DNA from: an uncultured virus (IMG/VR IMGVR_UViG_3300034656_000087)
Taxonomy: Duplodnaviria; Heunggongvirae; Uroviricota; Caudoviricetes
Virus record (IMG/VR): IMGVR_UViG_3300034656_000087
DNA: 64,000 nucleotides
Strand: one strand, 5' to 3'
Shown here: positions 55,867-64,000 of the stretch, piece after piece
How the letters are laid out: each line of letters opens with the position of its first letter
Position numbering within the stretch: the stretch's first letter is position 1
Notes under the pieces: model-generated
Told to the model about the DNA's origin: nothing
The model's database searches: none
Seen by the model: only the letters and a program-made list of their open reading frames with translations
Position numbers and translations under genes: made by a program

Positions 55867-55926
55867 GGCACCACTAACACCGCCAAACACCTAGCACCGC
55901 TTGAACCTGTTCGGGAGACAAGCTCA

Positions 55927-57435
55927 ATGTCTGACTATCATCACGGCGTCCGTGTCGTTGAAATCAACGAAGGTACGCGCCCTATCCGCACCGTATCCAC
56001 CGCCGTTATCGGCCTGATCGCCACCGCGCCCAATGCCAGCCCTGGCACAGCGGCCAGCATCACCGTGAACGGCAGTGAAACCAACGGCAATCTCACCTAC
56101 ACCGCCAAAACCGCCGGCATGGCAGGGAATGGTATCCGCATCACCCACGCAGACCCGGGCGCGCCCTCCTCGCCCATCGGCGTATCAGTGGATCAAAAGC
56201 ACATCACTGTCGCGCTGGCCACAGATGCCCAGGGCGCGATTCTCAGCACCGCCGATGAAGTCGCCACCGCGATTGCCGCAGATACTGCCGCCGCTGCCCT
56301 GGTCACGGTAGCCACCGAAGGCGACGGTCAAGGGGTAGTCGCGGCCGCCTCGCGCGTCAGCCTCACCGGCGGTACCGACGAACCCTTCCCGCTGAACGAA
56401 CCGGTGCTAGTCACCAACATTTACACCGCCATCGGGCAAGCCGGTGCCGGCGGCACGCTGCGTCGAGCGCTTAGCTCCATCGTCGAAGAAACCAAGGCGA
56501 TGATCGTCATCGTTCGCGTCGAAGAAGGCCAAGATGCAGAAGAAACCACAGCAAACGTCATTGGCGGTGTGGATCAAGTCACCGGCAAAAAGACCGGCAT
56601 CCAAGCGTTCACGGCAGCAGAAACCAAGTTCGGCGTGAAGCCTCGCATCTTCGGCGCGCCGGATCTCGACACCCAGGCGGTCACCGCCGCCTTTGGCGGT
56701 ATCGCCCGCCAGTTGCGCGGCTTCCTCTACGCCTTCGCTCACGGCTGCGAAACCAAAGAAGAAGCGCGTATGTATCGCGAGAATTTTGGCGACCGCGAAA
56801 TCATGATCATTTGGCCCAACTGGCAAGCGTTTGACGTTGATGCCGAAGAAACGCGCCCACTGCCTGCTGTCGCCAAAGCGCTTGGCCACCGTGCGCGCCT
56901 GGATAATGAAATTGGCTGGCACAAGACACTATCCAACATGCCGGTTAACGGCGTCACCGGCATTACCAAAGAGCTGTCCTGGGATCTGCAAGATCCTGCC
57001 ACCGACGCGGGCTACCTCAACGAAGCCGACGTCACCACACTGATCCGCAAAGAGGGCTTCCGCTTCTGGGGTTCCCGCACCTGCTCTGCAGATCCGCTCT
57101 TCGCCTTCGAGTCCTACACCCGCACCGCGCAAGTGCTGGCGGATACCATCGCCGAAGCCCATTTCTGGGCAGTCGATAAGCCGATGCACCCATCGCTAGT
57201 GCGCGACATTATCGAAGGCATCAACGCCAAATTCCGCGAGCTAACACGGCGCGGCTACATCCTAGGCGGCACCGCCTGGTTCGACGCAGAGCTAAACACG
57301 CCAGAGGTGCTCAAGAGCGGCAAGCTCTACATCGACTACGACTACACCCCGGTACCGCCGCTAGAAAACCTCATGTTCCAGCAGCGCATCACCGACCGCT
57401 ACCTAGTCGACTTCGCCGCCCGCATCACCGAATAA
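55927..57435 (+). CDS. FI: Tail sheath protein with ~110-aa insertion
   Basis: YHHGVRVVEINEG.RPI, GWHKTLSN, GFRFWGSRT, YTPVPPLENL. Confidence 0.96.
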   Translation: MSDYHHGVRVVEINEGTRPIRTVSTAVIGLIATAPNASPGTAASITVNGSETNGNLTYTAKTAGMAGNGIRITHADPGAPSSPIGVSVDQKHITVALATDAQGAILSTADEVATAIAADTAAAALVTVATEGDGQGVVAAASRVSLTGGTDEPFPLNEPVLVTNIYTAIGQAGAGGTLRRALSSIVEETKAMIVIVRVEEGQDAEETTANVIGGVDQVTGKKTGIQAFTAAETKFGVKPRIFGAPDLDTQAVTAAFGGIARQLRGFLYAFAHGCETKEEARMYRENFGDREIMIIWPNWQAFDVDAEETRPLPAVAKALGHRARLDNEIGWHKTLSNMPVNGVTGITKELSWDLQDPATDAGYLNEADVTTLIRKEGFRFWGSRTCSADPLFAFESYTRTAQVLADTIAEAHFWAVDKPMHPSLVRDIIEGINAKFRELTRRGYILGGTAWFDAELNTPEVLKSGKLYIDYDYTPVPPLENLMFQQRITDRYLVDFAARITE

Positions 57436-57474
57436 GCCGCCGCCAAGCGTTAGGCGCTAACAGGAGCAAGCCCA

Positions 57475-57984
57475 ATGGCACTACCTCACATCCTTAAAGA
57501 CTTCAATTTGTTCGGCGATGGCAACAACTGGCAAGGCCAAATCCCCGAGCTAACCCTGCCCGAACTCGCCCGCCGGATGGTGGAATACGAAGGTGGCGGC
57601 ATGGACGGCCCGATTGAAGTCGACCACGGCAACGAACTGCAGGAATTTGAGTGGACCGCAGGCGGCATGATTGTCGATATCTTCGACACCTACGGCAGCC
57701 CCGTTCACGATGCCGCCCTGCTCCGCATGACCGGCTCTTACGAATCCGACGAAGACGGCAGCATCATTCCCGTCGAGATCGTCATGCGCGGTCGCCATAA
57801 GACCGTCTCAATGGGCGATGCCAGCAAAGGCGACAACAACCAAATCAGCGTCACCACCACGCTGAGCTACTTCAAGCTCACCGTTGACGGTGAAGACATC
57901 ATCGAGCGCGACGTGCCCGGCTACGTATTCAGCGTGCGTGGTGAAGATCGCCTTGCCGAGCGCCGCCAAGCCCTAGGCCTGTAA
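57475..57984 (+). CDS. FII: Tail tube protein
   Basis: MALP..LK.FNLF.DG, GGMDG. Confidence 0.94.
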   Translation: MALPHILKDFNLFGDGNNWQGQIPELTLPELARRMVEYEGGGMDGPIEVDHGNELQEFEWTAGGMIVDIFDTYGSPVHDAALLRMTGSYESDEDGSIIPVEIVMRGRHKTVSMGDASKGDNNQISVTTTLSYFKLTVDGEDIIERDVPGYVFSVRGEDRLAERRQALGL

Positions 57985-58049
57985 TACCTAGCCAGTCAAG
58001 CACCACGGCCGCCCAGGCGGCCAAGCCCAACCCATAGGAAACCATCGCA

Positions 58050-58403
58050 ATGAGCGAAAAGACCGAAGCCCAAGCAGTAGAGCAAGTCACCGAAGCCCAG
58101 CCCGCCACCGCCCCCGGCGTGCCCACCGAAGTAGTCGAGCTGGAAACCCCGCTGCAGCGTGGCAAAACGCTGGTGAAAGAGATCACCGTGCGCAAGCCCA
58201 TGAGCGGTGGCATGCGCGGCGTCTCGCTGGTCGACATCATGAACCTAGACGTAGCCGCCCTCACCAAAGTGATGCCCCGCATCACCACGCCCGCGCTCAC
58301 CGAAGCCGAGCTGAAAACCATGGACATCGTCGACCTGGTGCAACTCGGCACGGCGCTGAACGGTTTTTTAACCCCAAAGAAGTTCAAGGAAATCGAGGCC
58401 TAG
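58050..58403 (+). CDS. E: Tail assembly chaperone E
   Basis: L.TP..RG, RKP..G.MRG.SL, PRIT.P.LT; slippery T TTT TTA at 58364-58370. Confidence 0.9.
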   Translation: MSEKTEAQAVEQVTEAQPATAPGVPTEVVELETPLQRGKTLVKEITVRKPMSGGMRGVSLVDIMNLDVAALTKVMPRITTPALTEAELKTMDIVDLVQLGTALNGFLTPKKFKEIEA

Positions 58404-58573
58404 CCCTGCCCGAGTTCGTCGAAGACGCCATGGCGGATCTCGCCATGGTGTTTCACTGGGAACCCAGCGCGATGGACGGCATGGAACTCGACGAACTCAT
58501 GGAATGGCGCGAACGCGCCCGCAAACGCCACGAAGGCAGCAAGCCCAAAGGTGGCAAGCAAGGCAAAAAGTAA
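58367..58573 (+). CDS. E' frameshift extension, not in the ORF track
   Basis: The -1 frame is open from the slip site and reads MADLAMVFHWEPSAMDGMELDELMEWRERA (GpE' signature). Confidence 0.88.
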   Translation, partial: FNPKEVQGNRGLALPEFVEDAMADLAMVFHWEPSAMDGMELDELMEWRERARKRHEGSKPKGGKQGKK

Positions 58574-58594
58574 GGCCGCAAATAAGGAAAGCCG

Positions 58595-61500
58595 ATGGCA
58601 CGCAATCTACGACTGCAAGTGATGCTCAACGCCGTGGACCGTGTCACCGGCCCACTCAAACGCATGCGCCAAGGGGCCGGGCAAACCGGCCAAGCCATGC
58701 GCGAAACCCGCGACCAGTTCAAAGAGCTACAGCGCACCCAAAGCGACCTCACCAGCTACCGCAAAGCCAACGCGGCCATGCGGCAGAACACCCGCGCGAT
58801 GCGCGACGCTCGCGCCCGCAACCACCAGTACACCCAGGCGCTAGAACAGCAGCGCGAAGCCCACGCCAACGTGAAATCAGGGCTCACCGTTGCCCGCCGG
58901 GAATACGACCGCCTCGCCAAAGAGCTGCTCAAAACCAAACAGCCCAGCGACCAGCTAACCGCCTCGCTAGAGCGCGCCCGCGTGCGCCTGCACGGCCAGC
59001 AAACCGAGTTCGACCGATCCGCCCGCGCAATGAAGGAATACCGCAACCGCGTGCGCCATGCAGGCGAAGAGGTCAAGCGACTAACTCAGGATCACGCCAC
59101 GCAAACCGAGCGCATCCGTGGGCTAAAAACACGCCTGGATGAGGCGGGCATCAGCACCGACAACCTCGGCAGAAGCGCCCGCGAACTGCGAACAAACGAG
59201 GAGCGGCTTAACACCGCGCTGCAGGAGCAAAAACGCCACCTCTCAGAAGTTGCAGAACGCCAGCGGCGCTTAACCCAAGCGCGCGACCGCTATCAAAACG
59301 GCATGGCAAGCGTGGCTAGTGCCCAGGGAGTGGGCATGGGCATGTTCGGTACCGGCCTCGCCCAAGGCTACGCGGCTAGCCGCCTGTTAACCCCAGGCGT
59401 AGCGTTTGGTGAATCCATGTCCGGGGTTCAGGCGCTCACTCGTCTCGAAGCGGACGATGAGCGATTCCTGGCATTAAAGCAGCAGGCTAGAGAGCTGGGT
59501 TCATCAACAGCATTTAGCGCGACCCAGGCCGCTGATGCCCAAGGCTTTTTAGCGATGGCGGGCTTTGATTCAGACGCTATTCAAGCGGCCATGCCATCAA
59601 TGCTGAACTTGGCATTAGCGAATAATGCCGACCTCGCCAGAACGGCTGACATCTCCTCAAACATTCTTTCAGGGTTCGGTCTTGACCCCAATGAGATGCA
59701 GCGCGTCAGCGACGTATTAACCGCCACGACGACGCGCGCAAACGTCGACCTGAGTATGCTTGGGGAGTCCATGAAGTACGTCGCTCCTCAAGCTAGAGCA
59801 ATGAATATGTCGCTAGAGCAGTCGGCAGCAATGGCCGGATTGCTGGGCAATGTCGGCATTCAAGGAAGTCAAGCGGGCACCACGCTAAGGGCTATGGTGG
59901 TTCGGCTGGCGGCACCCACAGGGGCGGCAGCAGGGGCGCTAGATGAGCTAGGTGTTAATGCAAAAGATGCACAGGGAAATCTCCGCGATATACCCAATAT
60001 CCTGTCGGACGTGGCACGAGCCACCGAGACGATGGGTAACGCTGATCAAGCAGGCTACCTGAAAGCTATCTTTGGAGAAGAGCCAGGCGCGGGAATGGCT
60101 GAGCTGATTGCTCAACAAGGGACCGAAGGGATTGAGGCCTTCGTTGAAGTGCTGAGCAATTCCATGGGAGAAGCGGCCCGTGTAGCCAAAACCCGAGCTG
60201 ACAACATTGGCGGCGACCTAAAAGGTCTGCGTAGCGCCTGGGAAGACGTGGGTATTAGCATTACTGAAACCAACAAAGGCCCACTGCGAGATCTCATTCA
60301 GGGTATAACGAAGGTGACGCGCAGTGTAAGCGCGTGGATCGAAGTCAATCCCGAGCTAGCGGGCACCATCGCCAAGGTCGCAGCGGGCATGATCGCCCTG
60401 GCAACCGTCGGTGGCGCTGTCACCATGACATTCGCCAGCATCCTCTCCCCGCTGCTGTTTGCCAAATTCGCCATGACCACCCTCGGCATCAAGGTCGGTG
60501 GCTTAGGCGCGGCGCTGGGCTGGATTGCCAAAACCGCCATCCCCTGGGTAGCCGGTGCGCTAAAAGGCCTACTGGTGGCCATGGGGCCAATCGGCTGGGG
60601 TATTGCCGCCATCGCCGGTGCCGCCTACCTGATCTATCAATACTGGGAGCCCATCAAAGCGTTTTTCGTGGGCCTATGGCAGCAAGTCAAAACCGCATTC
60701 GATGAAGGTGTGGGCGGCGTGGCGCGCCTACTGCTCAACTGGTCGCCGTATGGGCTGATCTACAACGCCATCACCAGCACCGTTGAGCGCTTGGGTATCA
60801 CTATTCCCGAAGGGTTTAGCGACTTCGGCAGCATGATTGTAGATGGGCTTATTGGAGGGATAAGGAGTAAGTTCGGAGAGCTGCGCGAATCTATAAGCAA
60901 TATGGCATCCAGTGTCTCGAACCGGTTTAAGGAGATACTGGGCATTAACTCGCCCAGCCGGGTATTTGAAGGCTTCGGTGCCAATATTGTTGAAGGCATT
61001 ATCGGCGGCATATCCGGCATGGTTGGCACGCTCAAGGATCACGTCACCGGCTTGGCTGGCGATATAGCGGGCTGGATGGGCGACACAGTGGGCAATGCGG
61101 TTGATGCGGGTCGCGATATTGCCAATGGCTTGGGCGAAGGAATCTCCAATGCGGCAGGCTGGACGCTGGCCAAGGTGAGAGAGCTGGCAGGAGGTACTGA
61201 AGATGAAGCGAGGGAGCGGCTAGACACCAATTCGCCAAGCCGTGTGTTTCGTAGCATTGGTATGGATGTGTCCGCCGGGTTGGCTGGCGGCATTGAGGGC
61301 GATGCAGATAGTCCTGTTAAGCAGGTGCGTAGCATCGCTAGCCGACTGCGCGACGCCGCCACTGGTCTAATGTTGAGCGCGGGGATTGCGTCGCCCGCCA
61401 TGGCGATGGAGGTGCAGCCGCCAGAGCTACCGCAACTGCCGGGGCTGTACGCCCACATCGAGCGCCCAGAGCTTCCCACGCCGGATGCGCTGCAGGTAGA

Positions 61501-62263
61501 GCGCCCCACGCTGCCAGAGCTGAGCGCACCAGAGATTCAGCGCCCAGAGCTACCGCAACTGCCGCAGCTGTACGCCCACATCGAGCACCCAGAGCTGCCC
61601 ACGTTGGATGCGCTGCAGGTAGAGCGCCCCACGCTGCCAGAGCTGAGCGCACCAGAGATTCAGCGCCCAGAGCTACCGCAACTGCCGGGGCTGTACGCCC
61701 ACATCGAGCGCCCAGAGCTGCCCACGCTGGATGCGCTGCAGGTAGAGCGCCCCACGCTGCCAGAGCTGAGCGCACCAGAGATCCAGCGCCCAGAGCTACC
61801 GCAACTGCCGGGGCTGTATGCCCACATAGAGCGCCCAGAGCTGCCCACGCTGGATGCGCTGCAGGTAGAGCGCCCCACGCTGCCAGAGCTGAGCGCGCCA
61901 GAGATTCAGCGCCCAGAGCTACCGCAACTGCCGGGGCTGTATGCCCACATAGAGCGCCCAGAGCTGCCCACGCTGGATGCGCTGGGGTTCCAGTGGCCAG
62001 AGCTACCGCAATTCGACCCACTACGCATCGACACCAGCGGCATCCAGATCGACGCCCGCCCACCACTGCAAAGCCACGCCAGCGCAGCGCCCAGCGGTGG
62101 GCTAGTGATTCACGGCGGTATCAACATCGAGGTGCACGCTTCCCCCGGCATGGATGAGCAAGCGCTGGCACGCCTGGTGAATGAGCAAGTACAGCGCGCA
62201 CTCCAAGATGCCGAGCGCCGCGCCGCCGCTGCCAGCCGTCGCAACTTCCACGATAACGATTGA
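58595..62263 (+). CDS. T: Tape measure protein (TP901-type core) with Pro-rich tandem repeats
   Basis: LQV.L.AVD..T.P, FSA..AA.A..FLAMAG, GIQGSQAGT, SPSRVF twice. Confidence 0.95.
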   Translation: MARNLRLQVMLNAVDRVTGPLKRMRQGAGQTGQAMRETRDQFKELQRTQSDLTSYRKANAAMRQNTRAMRDARARNHQYTQALEQQREAHANVKSGLTVARREYDRLAKELLKTKQPSDQLTASLERARVRLHGQQTEFDRSARAMKEYRNRVRHAGEEVKRLTQDHATQTERIRGLKTRLDEAGISTDNLGRSARELRTNEERLNTALQEQKRHLSEVAERQRRLTQARDRYQNGMASVASAQGVGMGMFGTGLAQGYAASRLLTPGVAFGESMSGVQALTRLEADDERFLALKQQARELGSSTAFSATQAADAQGFLAMAGFDSDAIQAAMPSMLNLALANNADLARTADISSNILSGFGLDPNEMQRVSDVLTATTTRANVDLSMLGESMKYVAPQARAMNMSLEQSAAMAGLLGNVGIQGSQAGTTLRAMVVRLAAPTGAAAGALDELGVNAKDAQGNLRDIPNILSDVARATETMGNADQAGYLKAIFGEEPGAGMAELIAQQGTEGIEAFVEVLSNSMGEAARVAKTRADNIGGDLKGLRSAWEDVGISITETNKGPLRDLIQGITKVTRSVSAWIEVNPELAGTIAKVAAGMIALATVGGAVTMTFASILSPLLFAKFAMTTLGIKVGGLGAALGWIAKTAIPWVAGALKGLLVAMGPIGWGIAAIAGAAYLIYQYWEPIKAFFVGLWQQVKTAFDEGVGGVARLLLNWSPYGLIYNAITSTVERLGITIPEGFSDFGSMIVDGLIGGIRSKFGELRESISNMASSVSNRFKEILGINSPSRVFEGFGANIVEGIIGGISGMVGTLKDHVTGLAGDIAGWMGDTVGNAVDAGRDIANGLGEGISNAAGWTLAKVRELAGGTEDEARERLDTNSPSRVFRSIGMDVSAGLAGGIEGDADSPVKQVRSIASRLRDAATGLMLSAGIASPAMAMEVQPPELPQLPGLYAHIERPELPTPDALQVERPTLPELSAPEIQRPELPQLPQLYAHIEHPELPTLDALQVERPTLPELSAPEIQRPELPQLPGLYAHIERPELPTLDALQVERPTLPELSAPEIQRPELPQLPGLYAHIERPELPTLDALQVERPTLPELSAPEIQRPELPQLPGLYAHIERPELPTLDALGFQWPELPQFDPLRIDTSGIQIDARPPLQSHASAAPSGGLVIHGGINIEVHASPGMDEQALARLVNEQVQRALQDAERRAAAASRRNFHDND
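61421..61984 (+). repeat. 123-bp (41-aa) in-frame tandem repeat, ~4.6 copies
   Basis: Units start at 61421, 61544, 61667, 61790 and 61913; near-identical DNA. Confidence 0.95.
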
Positions 62264-62273
62264 GGGCAATCAC

Positions 62274-62717
62274 ATGATGATGACCTACGGCCTGTTTGTG
62301 TTCGGCCTCAGCACCGCCGCTTATCAGGAACTACAGCGGCAAACCCACTGGCGGCACGCCAGCACCTCACGCATCAACGCCCGCCCGGTGCACCAGTTCC
62401 TTGGCCCTGGTGACGACACCATCAACCTAACCGGCACCCTGCTGCCCATGTTCACCGGCGGCCAACAGAACCTTGATATGCTCCGCGCCCTGGCCGATGA
62501 AGGCCGCGCGTGGCCGCTAATCGAGGGCACCGGCACCTACTACGGCATGTACACCATCGAAAGCCTCACCGAGCGCAAAAGCGAGTTCTTCCGCGACGGT
62601 GCCGCCAAGCAAATCGAGTTTGATCTAAAGCTAACTCGCATCGATGAAGGCCGAACCGAGCTGCTTGGCATACTGGAAAGCAGCGCCCTACGTGCCATTA
62701 CCGGGGCACTGGCATGA
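62274..62717 (+). CDS. U: Tail protein U
   Basis: MMMTYGLFVF.L.T..YQ, QFLGPG.D.I.L.G, PLIEGTG. Confidence 0.93.
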   Translation: MMMTYGLFVFGLSTAAYQELQRQTHWRHASTSRINARPVHQFLGPGDDTINLTGTLLPMFTGGQQNLDMLRALADEGRAWPLIEGTGTYYGMYTIESLTERKSEFFRDGAAKQIEFDLKLTRIDEGRTELLGILESSALRAITGALA

Positions 62718-63715
62718 GCAGGCAGCCCGACTACCGCATCAGCCTACAAGGGCAAGTCATCAGCCCCGAGTTTCGCGCCCGCCTGGCATCGCTCACCCTG
62801 CACGATCGGCGCGGCATGCAAGCCGACCAGCTGGATATCACACTGACAGACGACGACGGCATGCTCGATATACCGCCCACCGGGGCAGAGCTAACCCTGG
62901 CCATCGGCTGGAAAGGCCAAGCGCTCACTGAGCGCGGCACGTTCATTGTCGATGAGGTGGAGCACACCGGCGCGCCGGATACGCTCAACATCCGCGCATC
63001 CAGTGCCAACATGCGCCAAGGGCTACCGGGGAAGCGCACGCAAAGCTGGGATGAGGTCACGGTGCGCGACATTATCGACACCATCGCCGCCCGCCATGAG
63101 CTAACACCCAGCGTGGGGGCAACGCTGGCGGGCGTGCGGATCACCCACATCGACCAAACCGACGAATCAGACCTCCACTTCCTCACGCGCCTGGCGGAAC
63201 GCTTCGACGCGGTGGCCACCGTCAAAACCGGCCACCTGATTTTTGTACCCGCTGGCCAAGCCACCACCGCCACCGGGTTAGAGATCCCGCCCATTCAGCT
63301 GCGCCGTCAGAGCGGCGACCGGCACCGCTACCTAAAGGCCGAACGGGATGCCTACACCGGCGTGACCGCGCTATGGAATAACAAGGCCCACGCCCGACGC
63401 GAAGCCGTCACCGTGGGCGAGCCACAAAACGCCCAGCAGCTACGCCACACTTACGCCAGCGAGGATGAGGCCTTAGAAGCCGCCCAAGCCGAGTGGCAAC
63501 GCATTCAACGCGGAATGGCGTATTTCAGTATCACCCAAGCCATCGGCGACCCCGAGCTATTTCCCGAAACCCCCGTATGGTGCATCGGCTGGAAACCCCA
63601 GATCGACGCAACACCGTGGATCATCACCGAAGTAACCCACAGCCTCACCGACAGCAGCTACACTACCGCCCTGCAGCTAGAAAAGCGCGACAGCGAACAC
63701 ACCCCGCCCAACTAA
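62714..63715 (+). CDS. D: Late control/baseplate hub protein D
   Basis: D.RG..ADQL.I.L.D.DG, VDEVEH.GAPD, HIDQT.ESD..FL.RLA. Confidence 0.95.
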   Translation: MSRQPDYRISLQGQVISPEFRARLASLTLHDRRGMQADQLDITLTDDDGMLDIPPTGAELTLAIGWKGQALTERGTFIVDEVEHTGAPDTLNIRASSANMRQGLPGKRTQSWDEVTVRDIIDTIAARHELTPSVGATLAGVRITHIDQTDESDLHFLTRLAERFDAVATVKTGHLIFVPAGQATTATGLEIPPIQLRRQSGDRHRYLKAERDAYTGVTALWNNKAHARREAVTVGEPQNAQQLRHTYASEDEALEAAQAEWQRIQRGMAYFSITQAIGDPELFPETPVWCIGWKPQIDATPWIITEVTHSLTDSSYTTALQLEKRDSEHTPPN

Positions 63716-63722
63716 AGTCCAC

Positions 63723-63750
63723 AAAAAAGCCCCGATATACTCGGGGCTTG
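63723..63750. terminator. Intrinsic terminator between convergent genes
   Basis: AAGCCCCGA-TATAC-TCGGGGCTT preceded by an A-tract. Confidence 0.75.
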
Positions 63751-63768
63751 TGCAGGTGAATTTTGAAT

Positions 63769-63999
63769 CTAACCGGCAAGACACCATTTCTGAACTTGCT
63801 CAGTGATCTCTTGAGCATTTTCCGCCTGCTGATATGGTATATCCATGCTGTTGAGATAGCGCGCGAACTTATCTGTTTCGGCTTCCGCGTAGTTCAAGGC
63901 ATCTTTTCGCATGCTGTCTTTGTTAGGACGAAGAATAAATATCTCACCTCGTGAGAAAAGTTTCTCCCGCAACGCCAAAGATACATCCCGATACCCAAC
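63769..63999 (-). CDS. 3' end of an AT-rich accessory gene (partial)
   Basis: Frame stays open to the window edge; convergent on D. Confidence 0.6.
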   Translation of the reverse strand, partial: VGYRDVSLALREKLFSRGEIFILRPNKDSMRKDALNYAEAETDKFARYLNSMDIPYQQAENAQEITEQVQKWCLAG

Positions 64000-64000
64000 G

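Larger units (their letters stand above)
39198..64000. mobile_element. P2/phiCTX-like prophage (contractile tail), continues beyond the window
   Basis: att, cos, then Q P / O N M L X lysis R S V W J I ... FI FII E T U D. Confidence 0.95.

Noticed and set aside
54998..55926. DGR reverse transcriptase/avd/template repeat after the adhesin
   Set aside because: No RT motifs or adenine-rich copy of the variable region found here or elsewhere in the window by eye.
58504..59142. 212-aa ORF and other long antisense/alternative-frame ORFs across both prophages
   Set aside because: Overlap well-supported phage genes and show R/P/A-rich shadow composition.
61421..61984. Tandem repeats as a CRISPR array
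   Set aside because: Contiguous 123-bp units with no unique spacers, in frame within the tape measure gene; no cas genes.

Overview
The window is almost entirely two adjacent prophages in a GC-rich gammaproteobacterium (Halomonas-like by general impression only). (1) 1-1660: remnants of a heat/stress-tolerance island (3' end of clpG/clpK, PAS fragment, psiE-GI-like gene, possible IS21-like end). (2) 1981-39078: an apparently complete 37.1-kb Mu-like transposable prophage with a non-contractile (D3112/B3-type) tail. It has TG...CA ends, repeated AGTGCCAA transposase-site motifs and a 5-bp TTTTA target duplication. (3) 39198 to beyond 64000: a P2/phiCTX-like prophage starting at a duplicated tRNA-Thr(UGU) 3' half (att), then cos, genes Q-D and accessory genes. 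The most notable signals: a four-stem RNA with a kissing-loop pseudoknot directly after a MuF head protein carrying a BECR-type RNase extension and no immunity ORF (candidate RNA antitoxin system); a type II hammerhead ribozyme with a variant core in the Mu early operon; a calmodulin-like EF-hand domain in the Mu tape measure protein; an orphan DGR-type variable region plus hairpin on an Mtd-like adhesin of the P2-like phage; and candidate defence genes at known accessory hotspots. All family assignments come from motif recognition and gene order, not database searches.
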